Of a stretch of DNA of 64,000 nt, positions 37,401 to 45,470 are shown in pieces. A model generated the notes under the pieces. The model ran no database searches. It saw only the letters and a program-made list of their open reading frames with translations, and was not told the origin of the DNA. Both the position numbers and the translations under genes were made by a program. Source of the DNA: an uncultured Saprospiraceae bacterium (GTDB taxonomy: Bacteria; Bacteroidota; Bacteroidia; Chitinophagales; Saprospiraceae); contig CAZGGG010000006.1 of NCBI GenBank assembly GCA_964525165.1, positions 97-64,096 on the forward strand, in the 5' to 3' direction. Every line of letters starts with the position of its first letter. Within the stretch, counting starts at the first letter, position 1.

Positions 37401-39903
37401 ATCCGGAACAGAAGTGCTCTCAACATTTTGGGTCGAAGGATTGGAAGGAAAGCAAATGATTCGCATTCCGGTCACTCCAGAAATGTCGCCCGGTGTATAT
37501 ATAAATGTTACACAGATACAGTCTATTGAGGATCGCAACAATTCATTACCGGTCCGAAGGTATGCTTTGGAATATGTGGACGTTAGAGACCCGGAAACGG
37601 AGCTCCAAATTGATTTGGATATGCCCAACCGTCTGGCGCCCAATCAATCCTTTACCGTCAAGGTGAAAGAAAAGAACGGGCAACCCATGGACTATAGCCT
37701 GATGATTGTGGATGAAGGCTTGTTGAGTTTAACTCGTTTCAATAGTCCGAATCCTCATCAACACTTTTTTGCACGAGAACAATTAGGTGTGCAGACGTAT
37801 GATTTCTATGATAAGTTGCTGCTGGAATATAGCAGTGAATATGATCGATTGCTGGCAATTGGGGGGGATGGATATGAAAGCACGCTTGTTCCTGAAGTCA
37901 ATAGATTTAGGCCGGTTGTGCTGACCGAGGGACCTATACATCTAAATAAGGGTGAGGTGAAGGAACACCGGTTTACCATGCCCAATTATTTCGGGAAAGT
38001 ACGGTGTATGCTGATAGCGGCAGGAGATGGAAAGTTTGGTGCCACGGATCAATCAGTCGAAGTTAAAAATGACTTAATGCTTACGGCCACTTTGCCTCGA
38101 CAGTTGGGGGTCCGTGAGGAAATTCAGATTCCTTTTACGGTATTTGTCAATGAAAAATTGCCTTCTGGCAAAGTAGACTTGTCTTTAACCCTCAAAGGAG
38201 CTGCGCAAATACAAGGCTCTGGTAAAAGATCTGTTCAATCGCCGAGTCCTGGTATTTATCAAACTTATATGGGCATTAAAACGCTGGATCAAGAAGATAC
38301 TTTGGAGGTGATTGCAGAAGCCCGCTCTGGGCAAAAGAAATCATCCTACCGCTTCTTTATACCCATCAAGAATGCGCAGCCTGTATTGCAAAACTATTCA
38401 GTCGGCTATTTGAAGGCCAATGGGCAGCTTTCTTTTGAGCCGCTGAATTTGGATGGGATTTTATCTCAAACATTGGAAATATCGGGAGCCTATCCGCTTC
38501 TTCCTGAACAAAGTTTAAAGCGTTTAATAGACTATCCTTATGGCTGTTTGGAGCAGACTGTTTCATCCGCTTTCCCGCAGCTGTTTGTCAGTCAATGGAC
38601 GCCACTCAATGAGAGAGAGAAGAAAGCTTTGGAGTACAATATTCAAAAGGCGCTAGAAAAGTTGGTGTCCTTTCAGCAATCTTCCGGGAGTTTTACCTAC
38701 TGGCCTAATAGTTATTATTCCGGTTGGGCGGATGTTTATGCAGGACACTTCCTTTGGGAGGCCAAAAATCAAGGATACCTGCTACCTAACGGAATGTTCA
38801 AGCGATGGATTCAAGCAGCATCGAGGCAGTCTCAAAGATGGGTGCCGGCAGCAGATCAACGAAATCCATATAGCATGAATACAGAGATTCAAGCATACCG
38901 ACTTTTTGTGTTGGCCTTATCCGGAAATGCTGATATCTCTTCAATGAATCGATTAAGAGAGGCACCAATCAAAAATAAAATGGTGCAAATGCTCCTGGCA
39001 CAATCCTATGCCCTGATTGGACAAAAAGAAGTTGCTCAAGATATGATGTCAGCTCGTTCATCCTGGAATGCATCCCCTCAGGAATATCATCCAACTACCT
39101 TTGGCTCTCGTATCCGCGATGAAGCCGTGAGTTTGTATGCACTTAGTGTCGCCGGAAATATAGACGAAGCCTCTGAAAGTGCTGCAATATTATTAGAGGA
39201 TGTCGAAGCGGGAACCCCATTCAATACTCAGACGGCTTCTTTTTTATTGATGGCTTTCGCAACTTTTAATCAACAAAAAGGCGATCAGGCAGGAATGCAA
39301 TTGAATGTACGGTCTCAAAGCTTCAATAGAGAAATCACCTCTGAACACTCTTCTCAAATGGAATCTTTACCCACTCAGGAAAAAGGTAGGCTGGACATTC
39401 AAAATCTGGTAGAACAGAACTTCCTTGTGGGGCGCATGATCGAGTATCAGCCCAGGGAGGTAACGGCTACAGATGTGGCTAATAGAATGAAACTGGATAT
39501 CAGATATACTGACAGCAACGGGAAGCCTCTGAATACCCAACTTTTGAAGCAAGGAGAGTTATTTACCATGACTGTCCGGGTACAAGCTTTGGATGCCAAT
39601 TCCCTTGATGGTCAACTGGCGCTGCATATTCCGATCCCGAATGGATGGGAAGTCATTAATGATCGTCTGACTTCCGGAGCAGAGGCTTATCCCGGCTTTG
39701 ATTATGTAGATATCAAAGATGACGCAATTGATGCCTTTTGTACAGACCTTCCGGCAAATAAAGGCATATCGATTGCCCTAAAACTAAGCAGTTCATACGC
39801 CGGTACCTATCATCAATATCCGGTTACCTGTGAGCATATGTACCAATCTAATTATTATGCAGCAAAGGGAGGGCGAACCATAGAGGTCAGACCTAGTGAC
39901 TAG
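34441..39903 (+). CDS. Alpha-2-macroglobulin family lipoprotein with an intact thioester motif
   Basis: About 1820 aa. Lipobox (LMIFASCNQ) and YPYGCLEQTVSSAFPQL (CxEQ thioester). Length and MG-domain-like repeats resemble bacterial A2M. The first ATG is at 34441. Confidence 0.9.
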   Translation: MKVHHYLTYLIFISFLMIFASCNQDAKNEDQNSGIQLSGHSSGYIGRTESIFIHFRDKVQDQINPEDCIRFQPEIKGSFSWDSPQKLIFKPESPMASATKIEVQISASCLNEENAYNFSLETPPLIAQLTSGQLEFIPSQNLYTLNGQLKTSDWVDVDQVKNHFKAEMNGVSLEVEWNYRPVLHEYHFQIQHIPRGQQTQALHISFKALSDQMETIQLTKDIPSVSEFVLLSVSTENKGGQRVHLVFSNALDKAQDLSGLVQLGNNLPHRRSVNANVLTLYPEQRQAEPVSIEVSAAVRDLKGEVLGQKVIRNADFRALNPQLRWVGQGNILPEKGNRRLPFEAVSLQAVDVEVFRIETDNSKQFISDYDLSSTYPFDKMGKMVYQQKISLDELGSLDQGSWNRYTLDVNKLIQVDPSGLYQVRIGFRPSYSILDCAPEVNERLEDHYVRGGYWNKSSLWSIGYRGFGSSDSYWQDRDSPCKGSYYNTNRFLRKNIYPAHTGLIAKQGEDRSLWVAALDLMTAEQQSDIALFLYDRTGALIKSGKTNQEGWWHAKDLKDKPYLVEARLESGSTFLNIEDGNALSTSQFSTSGLFVPGGLKAYIFAERGIWRPGDTVFAWCILHNELKKLPDTYPIRVQYFDPSGKEVMSKKVVSPKGHFYDLSFATPDQAMTGNWRIQVNAGGRNFSKTIPVENIRPNRIVIEGRMRESDNEFQYQGKAKWLHGLDAAGLKVISEARIQNKKRRFEAFPSFQFSDPAKEDWLLEKVVYNGKSNQEGEISFSFDQPDAQQIDGDLEITLRSQIYEPGGSFSSDIYREHMPIFDAFVGVQMPKNEYGFPVVQQNEKGSFPVLCLNEGGQPLQNQKVTIGFYKVDRYYWWDSDRFNYSRYNSRQHEEAIEVLELRTDAKGKAEAFFVPQDYGPYLVRVVHSEGHTAGGLFYSSYWGNASDDDEGIAALPMKVQRQEVTVGEEMELMIPGIKKSKVLVSLESGTEVLSTFWVEGLEGKQMIRIPVTPEMSPGVYINVTQIQSIEDRNNSLPVRRYALEYVDVRDPETELQIDLDMPNRLAPNQSFTVKVKEKNGQPMDYSLMIVDEGLLSLTRFNSPNPHQHFFAREQLGVQTYDFYDKLLLEYSSEYDRLLAIGGDGYESTLVPEVNRFRPVVLTEGPIHLNKGEVKEHRFTMPNYFGKVRCMLIAAGDGKFGATDQSVEVKNDLMLTATLPRQLGVREEIQIPFTVFVNEKLPSGKVDLSLTLKGAAQIQGSGKRSVQSPSPGIYQTYMGIKTLDQEDTLEVIAEARSGQKKSSYRFFIPIKNAQPVLQNYSVGYLKANGQLSFEPLNLDGILSQTLEISGAYPLLPEQSLKRLIDYPYGCLEQTVSSAFPQLFVSQWTPLNEREKKALEYNIQKALEKLVSFQQSSGSFTYWPNSYYSGWADVYAGHFLWEAKNQGYLLPNGMFKRWIQAASRQSQRWVPAADQRNPYSMNTEIQAYRLFVLALSGNADISSMNRLREAPIKNKMVQMLLAQSYALIGQKEVAQDMMSARSSWNASPQEYHPTTFGSRIRDEAVSLYALSVAGNIDEASESAAILLEDVEAGTPFNTQTASFLLMAFATFNQQKGDQAGMQLNVRSQSFNREITSEHSSQMESLPTQEKGRLDIQNLVEQNFLVGRMIEYQPREVTATDVANRMKLDIRYTDSNGKPLNTQLLKQGELFTMTVRVQALDANSLDGQLALHIPIPNGWEVINDRLTSGAEAYPGFDYVDIKDDAIDAFCTDLPANKGISIALKLSSSYAGTYHQYPVTCEHMYQSNYYAAKGGRTIEVRPSD

Positions 39904-39907
39904 TATT

Positions 39908-41149
39908 TTATCGGGACCTTTCGGCCCAGATTTGTACGAGCTCAACAAGTGTGTGACAAGAACGCTCCATATCTTGCAAGGATATCCATTCCTGCCGACT
40001 ATGGATGCCATGCTGTCCTGTAAAGAGGTTCGGGCAGGGGAGTCCCATGAAAGAGAGTCTTGATCCATCCGTTCCTCCTCGGACACTTGCTTTGTGCACT
40101 TCAAGCCCCGCTTTTTCCATAGCTTCCATAGCATATTCGGTGACTTGAGAATGCTCATCCAATACATATTTCATGTTTCTGTATTGCTCGGTTCTTGTCA
40201 TTTCAATTTGACAACCCTTATAGCGATTTTCCATAGTTTTCTGAATACGCTCCAGGTATTCGGCTTTTTCATCCAATCCTTCAGTTACGAAATCCCGGAT
40301 AATGAAATCTATCTCAGCTTGTTCTACGGTTCCCGTCATACGCACGGGGTGGATGAAACCACTTTTGCCGGTAGTCGTTTCGGGTGATAGTCGATCAAAT
40401 GGTAATTCATCGACAAATGCAGCGGCTACCTTTAAGGCCGATACAAGTTTCCCAAATGCATAGCCGGGGTGTTCCGCCTTTCCATCTATATGAACATGTA
40501 TCGCATCGGCGGAAAATGTCTCATCTTCAATCGTTCCGGTATCGGAACCATCAAGAGTATAGCCGAAATCAGCTCCTAGTTTTTCCATGTCCACTTTATC
40601 AACCCCTCTTCCAATCTCTTCATCACAAGTGAAAAGAATTCGGATTTTACCATGAGGGATGTCCGGATGCCTTAAAAGATGCTCTGTCATAGCCATGATC
40701 ACAGCGATACCTGATTTATCATCTGCTCCCAATAAGGTCAAACCGCTTGCTGTGATAATATCCTCACCTATTTTTTTGGCGAGATCAGGGTGCTCGTCAA
40801 TGGTCAATATCTGACTGGCGTCGTCCGGAAGAATAATATCCAATCCATCGTACTTCTGATGTAAAAGGGGACGAACATCCTTGCCGGGACTGTCGGGACT
40901 GGTGTCCATGTGACTACAAAAACAAATGACCGGAACTTCATGAGGTACATTAGATGGAATGGTCGCATAGATGAGGCCATGTTCATCCATTTCAACATCT
41001 TCTAGTCCCAAATCTCTAAGTTCCTGATATAAATGACGTCCTAAATCCTTTTGACGTTCGGAGCTAGGGTAGGAGTCCGAGTGGGGATCAGCAGTGGTAT
41101 AAATTTTAACGTAATCAAAAAACCTGTTTACAATAGAGTATTCTTTCAT
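39908..41149 (-). CDS. pepT: Peptidase T (tripeptide aminopeptidase, M20B)
   Basis: RFFDYVKIYT, CSHMDTSPD, LGADDKSGIAVIM, FTCDEEIGRG and RGGTDGS. The start is set at MKEYS (41149) because the longer ORF runs through the yceI terminator. Confidence 0.92.
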   Translation of the reverse strand: MKEYSIVNRFFDYVKIYTTADPHSDSYPSSERQKDLGRHLYQELRDLGLEDVEMDEHGLIYATIPSNVPHEVPVICFCSHMDTSPDSPGKDVRPLLHQKYDGLDIILPDDASQILTIDEHPDLAKKIGEDIITASGLTLLGADDKSGIAVIMAMTEHLLRHPDIPHGKIRILFTCDEEIGRGVDKVDMEKLGADFGYTLDGSDTGTIEDETFSADAIHVHIDGKAEHPGYAFGKLVSALKVAAAFVDELPFDRLSPETTTGKSGFIHPVRMTGTVEQAEIDFIIRDFVTEGLDEKAEYLERIQKTMENRYKGCQIEMTRTEQYRNMKYVLDEHSQVTEYAMEAMEKAGLEVHKASVRGGTDGSRLSFMGLPCPNLFTGQHGIHSRQEWISLQDMERSCHTLVELVQIWAERSR

Positions 41150-41171
41150 GGTACATTGTTGTTGCACCCGC

Positions 41172-41209
41172 AAAATAAAAAATGCCTGCATGAATTTCAT
41201 ACAGGCATT
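41172..41209 (-). terminator. Rho-independent terminator after the yceI-like gene
   Basis: AATGCCTG (41181-41188) pairs perfectly with CAGGCATT (41202-41209), and an inner ATGA/TCAT pairing extends the stem. On the minus strand the stem is followed by TTTTTTATTTTG. Confidence 0.75.
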
Positions 41210-41228
41210 GAAAAAATAGTGTGTTCAA

Positions 41229-41834
41229 TTATTTTGCTGCCGTTAGGCTTACACTTAAGTCAAATTCGTCGTAGATGGTTTTATCACCTAAATTGTCGAA
41301 GAATGAACCGGAGCCATAACGCACATCAAACTTGGAACGGTCAATGACCAAATCAGCGTTCGCTTTAACCATGTTGCCTTCTTCAGTGACCATCGCATTG
41401 AAAGCAATCGATTCTGTTTTCTCTTTAATGGTTAAATCACCTTTGATTCTATATTTTCCTTCTGTTCCTACTGCAAATGCATCCGTGATGACAAATTTTG
41501 CTGTTGGGAAATTGTTTACGCCAAAGAAATCATCAGATTTCAAGTGTCCTTCTAGCTTTCCTTTCCATTCACCCTCAAGATCAAGACAAACAATACTGGT
41601 CATATCAACGGAAAAGCTTCCACCTACTAATTGACCATTTTCAAATTGTAAGTCACCATCTTTCAAGTTCACCACACCATTGTGCTGTCCACCTACTTTG
41701 TAAGCTTTCCAACTTACCTCACTACTTTCAATATTTGCAGTGTAATTGCCATCTTCAATAGGATTGATATTGAAGTCAATCTGCTGAGGGCTCTGTAAGA
41801 AGAGTCCCATTACTAATAGGATAACGTAATTCAT
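41229..41834 (-). CDS. YceI-family periplasmic (polyisoprenoid-binding-like) protein
   Basis: 201 aa with a signal peptide. S.V.W...K...H.G...... and GDLTIKEKTESI patterns are typical of YceI. Confidence 0.85.
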   Translation of the reverse strand: MNYVILLVMGLFLQSPQQIDFNINPIEDGNYTANIESSEVSWKAYKVGGQHNGVVNLKDGDLQFENGQLVGGSFSVDMTSIVCLDLEGEWKGKLEGHLKSDDFFGVNNFPTAKFVITDAFAVGTEGKYRIKGDLTIKEKTESIAFNAMVTEEGNMVKANADLVIDRSKFDVRYGSGSFFDNLGDKTIYDEFDLSVSLTAAK

Positions 41835-41868
41835 AGTTGTTTTTGTTTAATATTAGATGTATGTACAA

Positions 41869-41876
41869 CAAATGTA
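41869..41876 (-). promoter_or_regulatory. Candidate -7 box (TACATTTG on the minus strand) for the yceI-like gene, embedded in TGTA/TACA palindromes
   Basis: Exact TAnnTTTG match 34 nt upstream of the yceI ATG, in the 103-nt marR-yceI spacer. Adjacent TGTATCTACA and TGTACA palindromes could be a MarR operator. Confidence 0.35.
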
Positions 41877-41937
41877 GATACAAACAATTACATAATCAAG
41901 TACATTCGAAAAAAAAACTTAATTTTTTAGGAATTGT

Positions 41938-42390
41938 TTACCCTCTAAAGCGATCTAAGAGGTTATTGAGTTGAATCAACTCATCTTCTGAGAGATGGCA
42001 GATACTATTTTCCAGTGCTTCATCCATGGCTGTGGTTGCCTCTTCAACCAAACGAAGGCCTTCTTCCGTGATAAAAATATCTACTTTCCTACGGTCGTCA
42101 TCGTTAGTTAACCTTTCTAGTAATCCCTTATTTTTTAGCTTTTCTACTAATCTGGAGGTGTTGGAAGAGCGATCGACCATGCGTGCGGAAAGCATTTTAA
42201 GTGGGGTAGGTTCTCCATTCCTCCCGCGTAGTATTCTCAGTATATTAAACTGCTGCCATGAAATATCATAGGGTTTTAGAATTTGTGTTTGTTGCACATT
42301 GATATGAGAAGAGGTAAATAAGATATTGATGGTCGCTTTGACCGTTTCACTCTTAAATTTCTTCTGTTTGATTTCTTCTTCTATCGTCAT
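41938..42390 (-). CDS. MarR-family transcriptional regulator
   Basis: 150 aa. Winged-helix segment QFNILRILRG....PTPLKMLSARMVDRSSNTSRLVEKLKNKGLLERL..DDDRR. Confidence 0.9.
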   Translation of the reverse strand: MTIEEEIKQKKFKSETVKATINILFTSSHINVQQTQILKPYDISWQQFNILRILRGRNGEPTPLKMLSARMVDRSSNTSRLVEKLKNKGLLERLTNDDDRRKVDIFITEEGLRLVEEATTAMDEALENSICHLSEDELIQLNNLLDRFRG

Positions 42391-42399
42391 ACCGGGTCA

Positions 42400-44223
42400 T
42401 TAATGTATAGAGTACAATTTTGACTGTTGATTGTTTTCATTCAATTGGAAAGGCAGTCTCATTTGTAGTCCCTTCATTTCTTCCAGTTGGAGTTTTAATT
42501 GATACTGAGGAAACTCTTCCGCTAACCACTGTTCTAACTCTGCTTTTAGTTTTGGTTTACTTCCCTCATTTCCTGAAAGCTCCTGGATAAATTGCTGTAA
42601 TGGATTCTGAAGACGTGGGAATTCTTTGATTTCGTATTCTTTTCCCAGTTCAGCCATAGCTACGGCCTCTTCTATAGCTTGCTCTAATCCTCCCAAGCTA
42701 TCTACCAGCCCTATTTTCTTAGCATCCATTCCGGACCATACCCGTCCTTGTGCAATTTCATGAACTTGCTCAACCGTCATAGATCTATTCTTCGCGACAT
42801 GCTGCAAAAACTGACTATAGGTAGAATCTACAGAGCTTTGGAAATATTGGGCTTCTTCTTCAGACAGGGCTAAAGTTCCGCTAAAACTGGTCGCATAAGG
42901 ACCTGTTCCCACTGAGTCAAACTCAATTTCCAGGTAGTCATTCATAAGTTTCTCAGCACTCGGAATCACGGCAAAGACTCCTATAGAACCCGTAAGTGTA
43001 TTGGGCTCTGCAAATATGACATCTGCAGGAGCTGCCAAATAGTACCCTCCACTGGCTGCATAATCTCCCATGGAACAAACCACCGGAATCCCCTGGTCTT
43101 TGATTAATTGTATTTCTCTAGACAAATTATCGGATACGATGGCACTTCCTCCACCGGAATTAATTCTCAGGACCACAGCTTTATTTTCATCGTCTTCACG
43201 AATCTTTTTAAAGATTTTCATGTATTTATCCTCACTGATGGATCCCGGTTGATCAGGTTGACCTACAATGCTGCCTTCTAGATAAACAACCGCTACCTCC
43301 AAGTCTCCTTCATCATAGCGCAAAGAGGACTTCTTCTTACTGTAGTATTTTGAAAGGGAAATGAGATCTACCTTTTCTGAAGAATCCTTGTTCGCTCTCA
43401 ATCGGATTTGATGAATGAACTCATCTTCGTACAAAAGAGCATCTACTAAGCCCAGGCGGACAGCATCTTTCGCTTGTCGAATCTTAAATTCATCGGCAAT
43501 CGCTTCTAATTCTGCAACGCTAATGTTTCTGTCAGCACTGATTTCCTGAAGATATACATCATAAAGATCCCTTAAATATTCCTTGATTTGAAGACGGTTT
43601 TCTTCACTGAGGTCCATTCTTCGGAGGGGCTCTGTAGCTCCTTTAAAGTCTCCTGCATAAAATACCTGAGATTCAAGACCGAGTTTGTTAAGGAAATTCT
43701 TTAGGAAGGGCAGTGTAACGCCAAAGCCCCTGAAATCCATCATTCCATTGGGATTCATAAATACGCTATCTGCCACACTGGCCAAGTGGTAATTAGATTG
43801 ACCATAAACCAAGCTATAGGCATATATAAATTTTCCGCTCTCTTTAAAGTCTTTTAGGGCACGTCTGAGGCTGGAGGAGGAGGCCCGATTCAGGCTACCG
43901 GATTCCATATTGATATAGATACCCTCTATGCGATCGTCCTCTTTCGCAATCTTGACCAGTTTGATCATATCCTGAAGGCCCAATAAGTCCTCATTTTCAA
44001 AACTGAAAGAGGTCATTTGGGCATTATTCGTTTTCTCAGGTACGATGTCTCCTAATTTAAGCTCAAGCACACCAGCACTGGGTAATTCCACCTGATCCCC
44101 ATTTGCGGAAGCAGCAAAAGAAATGAAACTCGCTACGCCCAAGAACCCCAATAAGGTCAAAATGATGAGGGCAATGCTGACACCCAAACAGGATGCTAAT
44201 GTATATTTCAAAAAATCTCTCAT
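42400..44223 (-). CDS. sppA: Signal peptide peptidase SppA, 67K type
   Basis: 607 aa. N-terminal TM helix and two S49 ClpP-like halves. Contains NSGGGSA and GDYAASGGYYLA (catalytic Ser region). Confidence 0.93.
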   Translation of the reverse strand: MRDFLKYTLASCLGVSIALIILTLLGFLGVASFISFAASANGDQVELPSAGVLELKLGDIVPEKTNNAQMTSFSFENEDLLGLQDMIKLVKIAKEDDRIEGIYINMESGSLNRASSSSLRRALKDFKESGKFIYAYSLVYGQSNYHLASVADSVFMNPNGMMDFRGFGVTLPFLKNFLNKLGLESQVFYAGDFKGATEPLRRMDLSEENRLQIKEYLRDLYDVYLQEISADRNISVAELEAIADEFKIRQAKDAVRLGLVDALLYEDEFIHQIRLRANKDSSEKVDLISLSKYYSKKKSSLRYDEGDLEVAVVYLEGSIVGQPDQPGSISEDKYMKIFKKIREDDENKAVVLRINSGGGSAIVSDNLSREIQLIKDQGIPVVCSMGDYAASGGYYLAAPADVIFAEPNTLTGSIGVFAVIPSAEKLMNDYLEIEFDSVGTGPYATSFSGTLALSEEEAQYFQSSVDSTYSQFLQHVAKNRSMTVEQVHEIAQGRVWSGMDAKKIGLVDSLGGLEQAIEEAVAMAELGKEYEIKEFPRLQNPLQQFIQELSGNEGSKPKLKAELEQWLAEEFPQYQLKLQLEEMKGLQMRLPFQLNENNQQSKLYSIH

Positions 44224-44235
44224 AGATCGCTATTT

Positions 44236-44264
44236 TCCATAAAAATAAAATTGTACCCACAATT
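44236..44264 (-). terminator. Weak candidate terminator after the deoxynucleoside kinase gene
   Basis: On the minus strand, AATTGT-GGGT-ACAATT is followed by TTATTTTTAT. The stem is only 6 bp and AT-rich. Confidence 0.3.
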
Positions 44265-44316
44265 ATCCCATCTTTCTATATAGGATCGCAGAAAATGTGG
44301 ACTAAATCGCTTGAAC

Positions 44317-44970
44317 CTAAGACAAGCTGATTCGATGCACGCCGGGTTGGTAAGGCCTAAAGATTAAATTCTTTAATTGCTGATAATGTTCCAGATTATT
44401 TTCAAAATCTAAATGTTCTATGTCAATAATGAGCACAGGGTATCTCGTTTCGGATCTGAAATATTCAAAATAAGAGTTCTGAATATTTTCCAAATACTGC
44501 TTTTGAAGGTCTCTTTCGATGCTTCGATTACGCAGCTTTATTTGTTCATAGAGTTTGTCAACAGATCGGTGCAAATAGACCAAAAGGTCTGGTTCCGGGA
44601 AGAGTTGATTCAAGATTTCAAAAAATCTCAAGAACAAACGGTATTCTTCTTCATTCAGGTTTTTCTGAGCAAACAATGCGGTCTTTCTGAAAAAATAATC
44701 CGAAAGATAGATCTCTTTAAACATACCTTTATTCACAAGGGTCTCTTGCAATTGTTTGTACCGCTCCGACATGAAGAACAATTCCACCGGAAAAGCATAT
44801 CTGGATGGATCCTTGTAAAACATAGGGAGAAAAGGATTATCCGTAAACTGCTCCAGAATCAACTCACAATTGAAATCCTGGGACAATAACTTGCAGAAGG
44901 TCGTCTTGCCGGTCCCAATATTTCCCTCTATACAGATATATTGATAATTATGGTTCCATTGTGCGCTCAT
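44317..44970 (-). CDS. Deoxynucleoside kinase
   Basis: P-loop IEGNIGTGKTT, ELILEQF..NP.L and the arrangement with folK (ATGA overlap) are typical of Bacteroidota dNK. Confidence 0.88.
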   Translation of the reverse strand: MSAQWNHNYQYICIEGNIGTGKTTFCKLLSQDFNCELILEQFTDNPFLPMFYKDPSRYAFPVELFFMSERYKQLQETLVNKGMFKEIYLSDYFFRKTALFAQKNLNEEEYRLFLRFFEILNQLFPEPDLLVYLHRSVDKLYEQIKLRNRSIERDLQKQYLENIQNSYFEYFRSETRYPVLIIDIEHLDFENNLEHYQQLKNLIFRPYQPGVHRISLS

Positions 44971-45464
44971 AGAGACAAAGAAGTTTGTCGGACCCGCAGA
45001 GGGTCTTTGGAGGACAAATATAATTCTTCCAGGGACCTTTTTAATTGCGGATGTCTATAATAAGGGATCAGCTCACTGAGAGGGGCTAATACAAAGTTCC
45101 TCAGATGGGCTCTGGGGTGGGGAACGCTCAAATCTTGAGCATGATATATCTCCTGGCCAAAAAATATCAGATCGATATCTATTTCTCTTGGGCCCCAAAA
45201 GCTAGACTTCTGCCCACCTAAACCGCTTTCAATCCGACGAAGAATATGGAAAGATGCTTCTATGCTCCTCTGGGAATGAAGGATAATGGCTGCATTCAGG
45301 AATGCTGGTTGATCTGTTTTGCCCCAGGCCTCTGTTTCATATACAGAGGAAGTGGTCGAAGGGCCGGGGAAGGCTATTATAAGTTGTTCTTTAGATTGTC
45401 GCAGAAAGTCCAGGCGATCCCCAACATTTGAACCTATATGGACAACCAGCAAGTGATCCTTCAA
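44967..45464 (-). CDS. folK: 2-amino-4-hydroxy-6-hydroxymethyldihydropteridine diphosphokinase
   Basis: 165 aa. IGSNVGDR, YETEAWG, GPREIDIDLIFFG, LSVPHPR and R.FVL.PL. Confidence 0.93.
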   Translation of the reverse strand: MKDHLLVVHIGSNVGDRLDFLRQSKEQLIIAFPGPSTTSSVYETEAWGKTDQPAFLNAAIILHSQRSIEASFHILRRIESGLGGQKSSFWGPREIDIDLIFFGQEIYHAQDLSVPHPRAHLRNFVLAPLSELIPYYRHPQLKRSLEELYLSSKDPLRVRQTSLSL

Positions 45465-45470
45465 TTTAGA

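Noticed and set aside
41150-41200. N-terminal extension of pepT (MKFMQAFFILRVQQQCT)
   Set aside because: These codons are the stem-loop and U-tract of the yceI terminator. PepT homologues begin near MKEY...RF..YV, so the start was moved to 41149.
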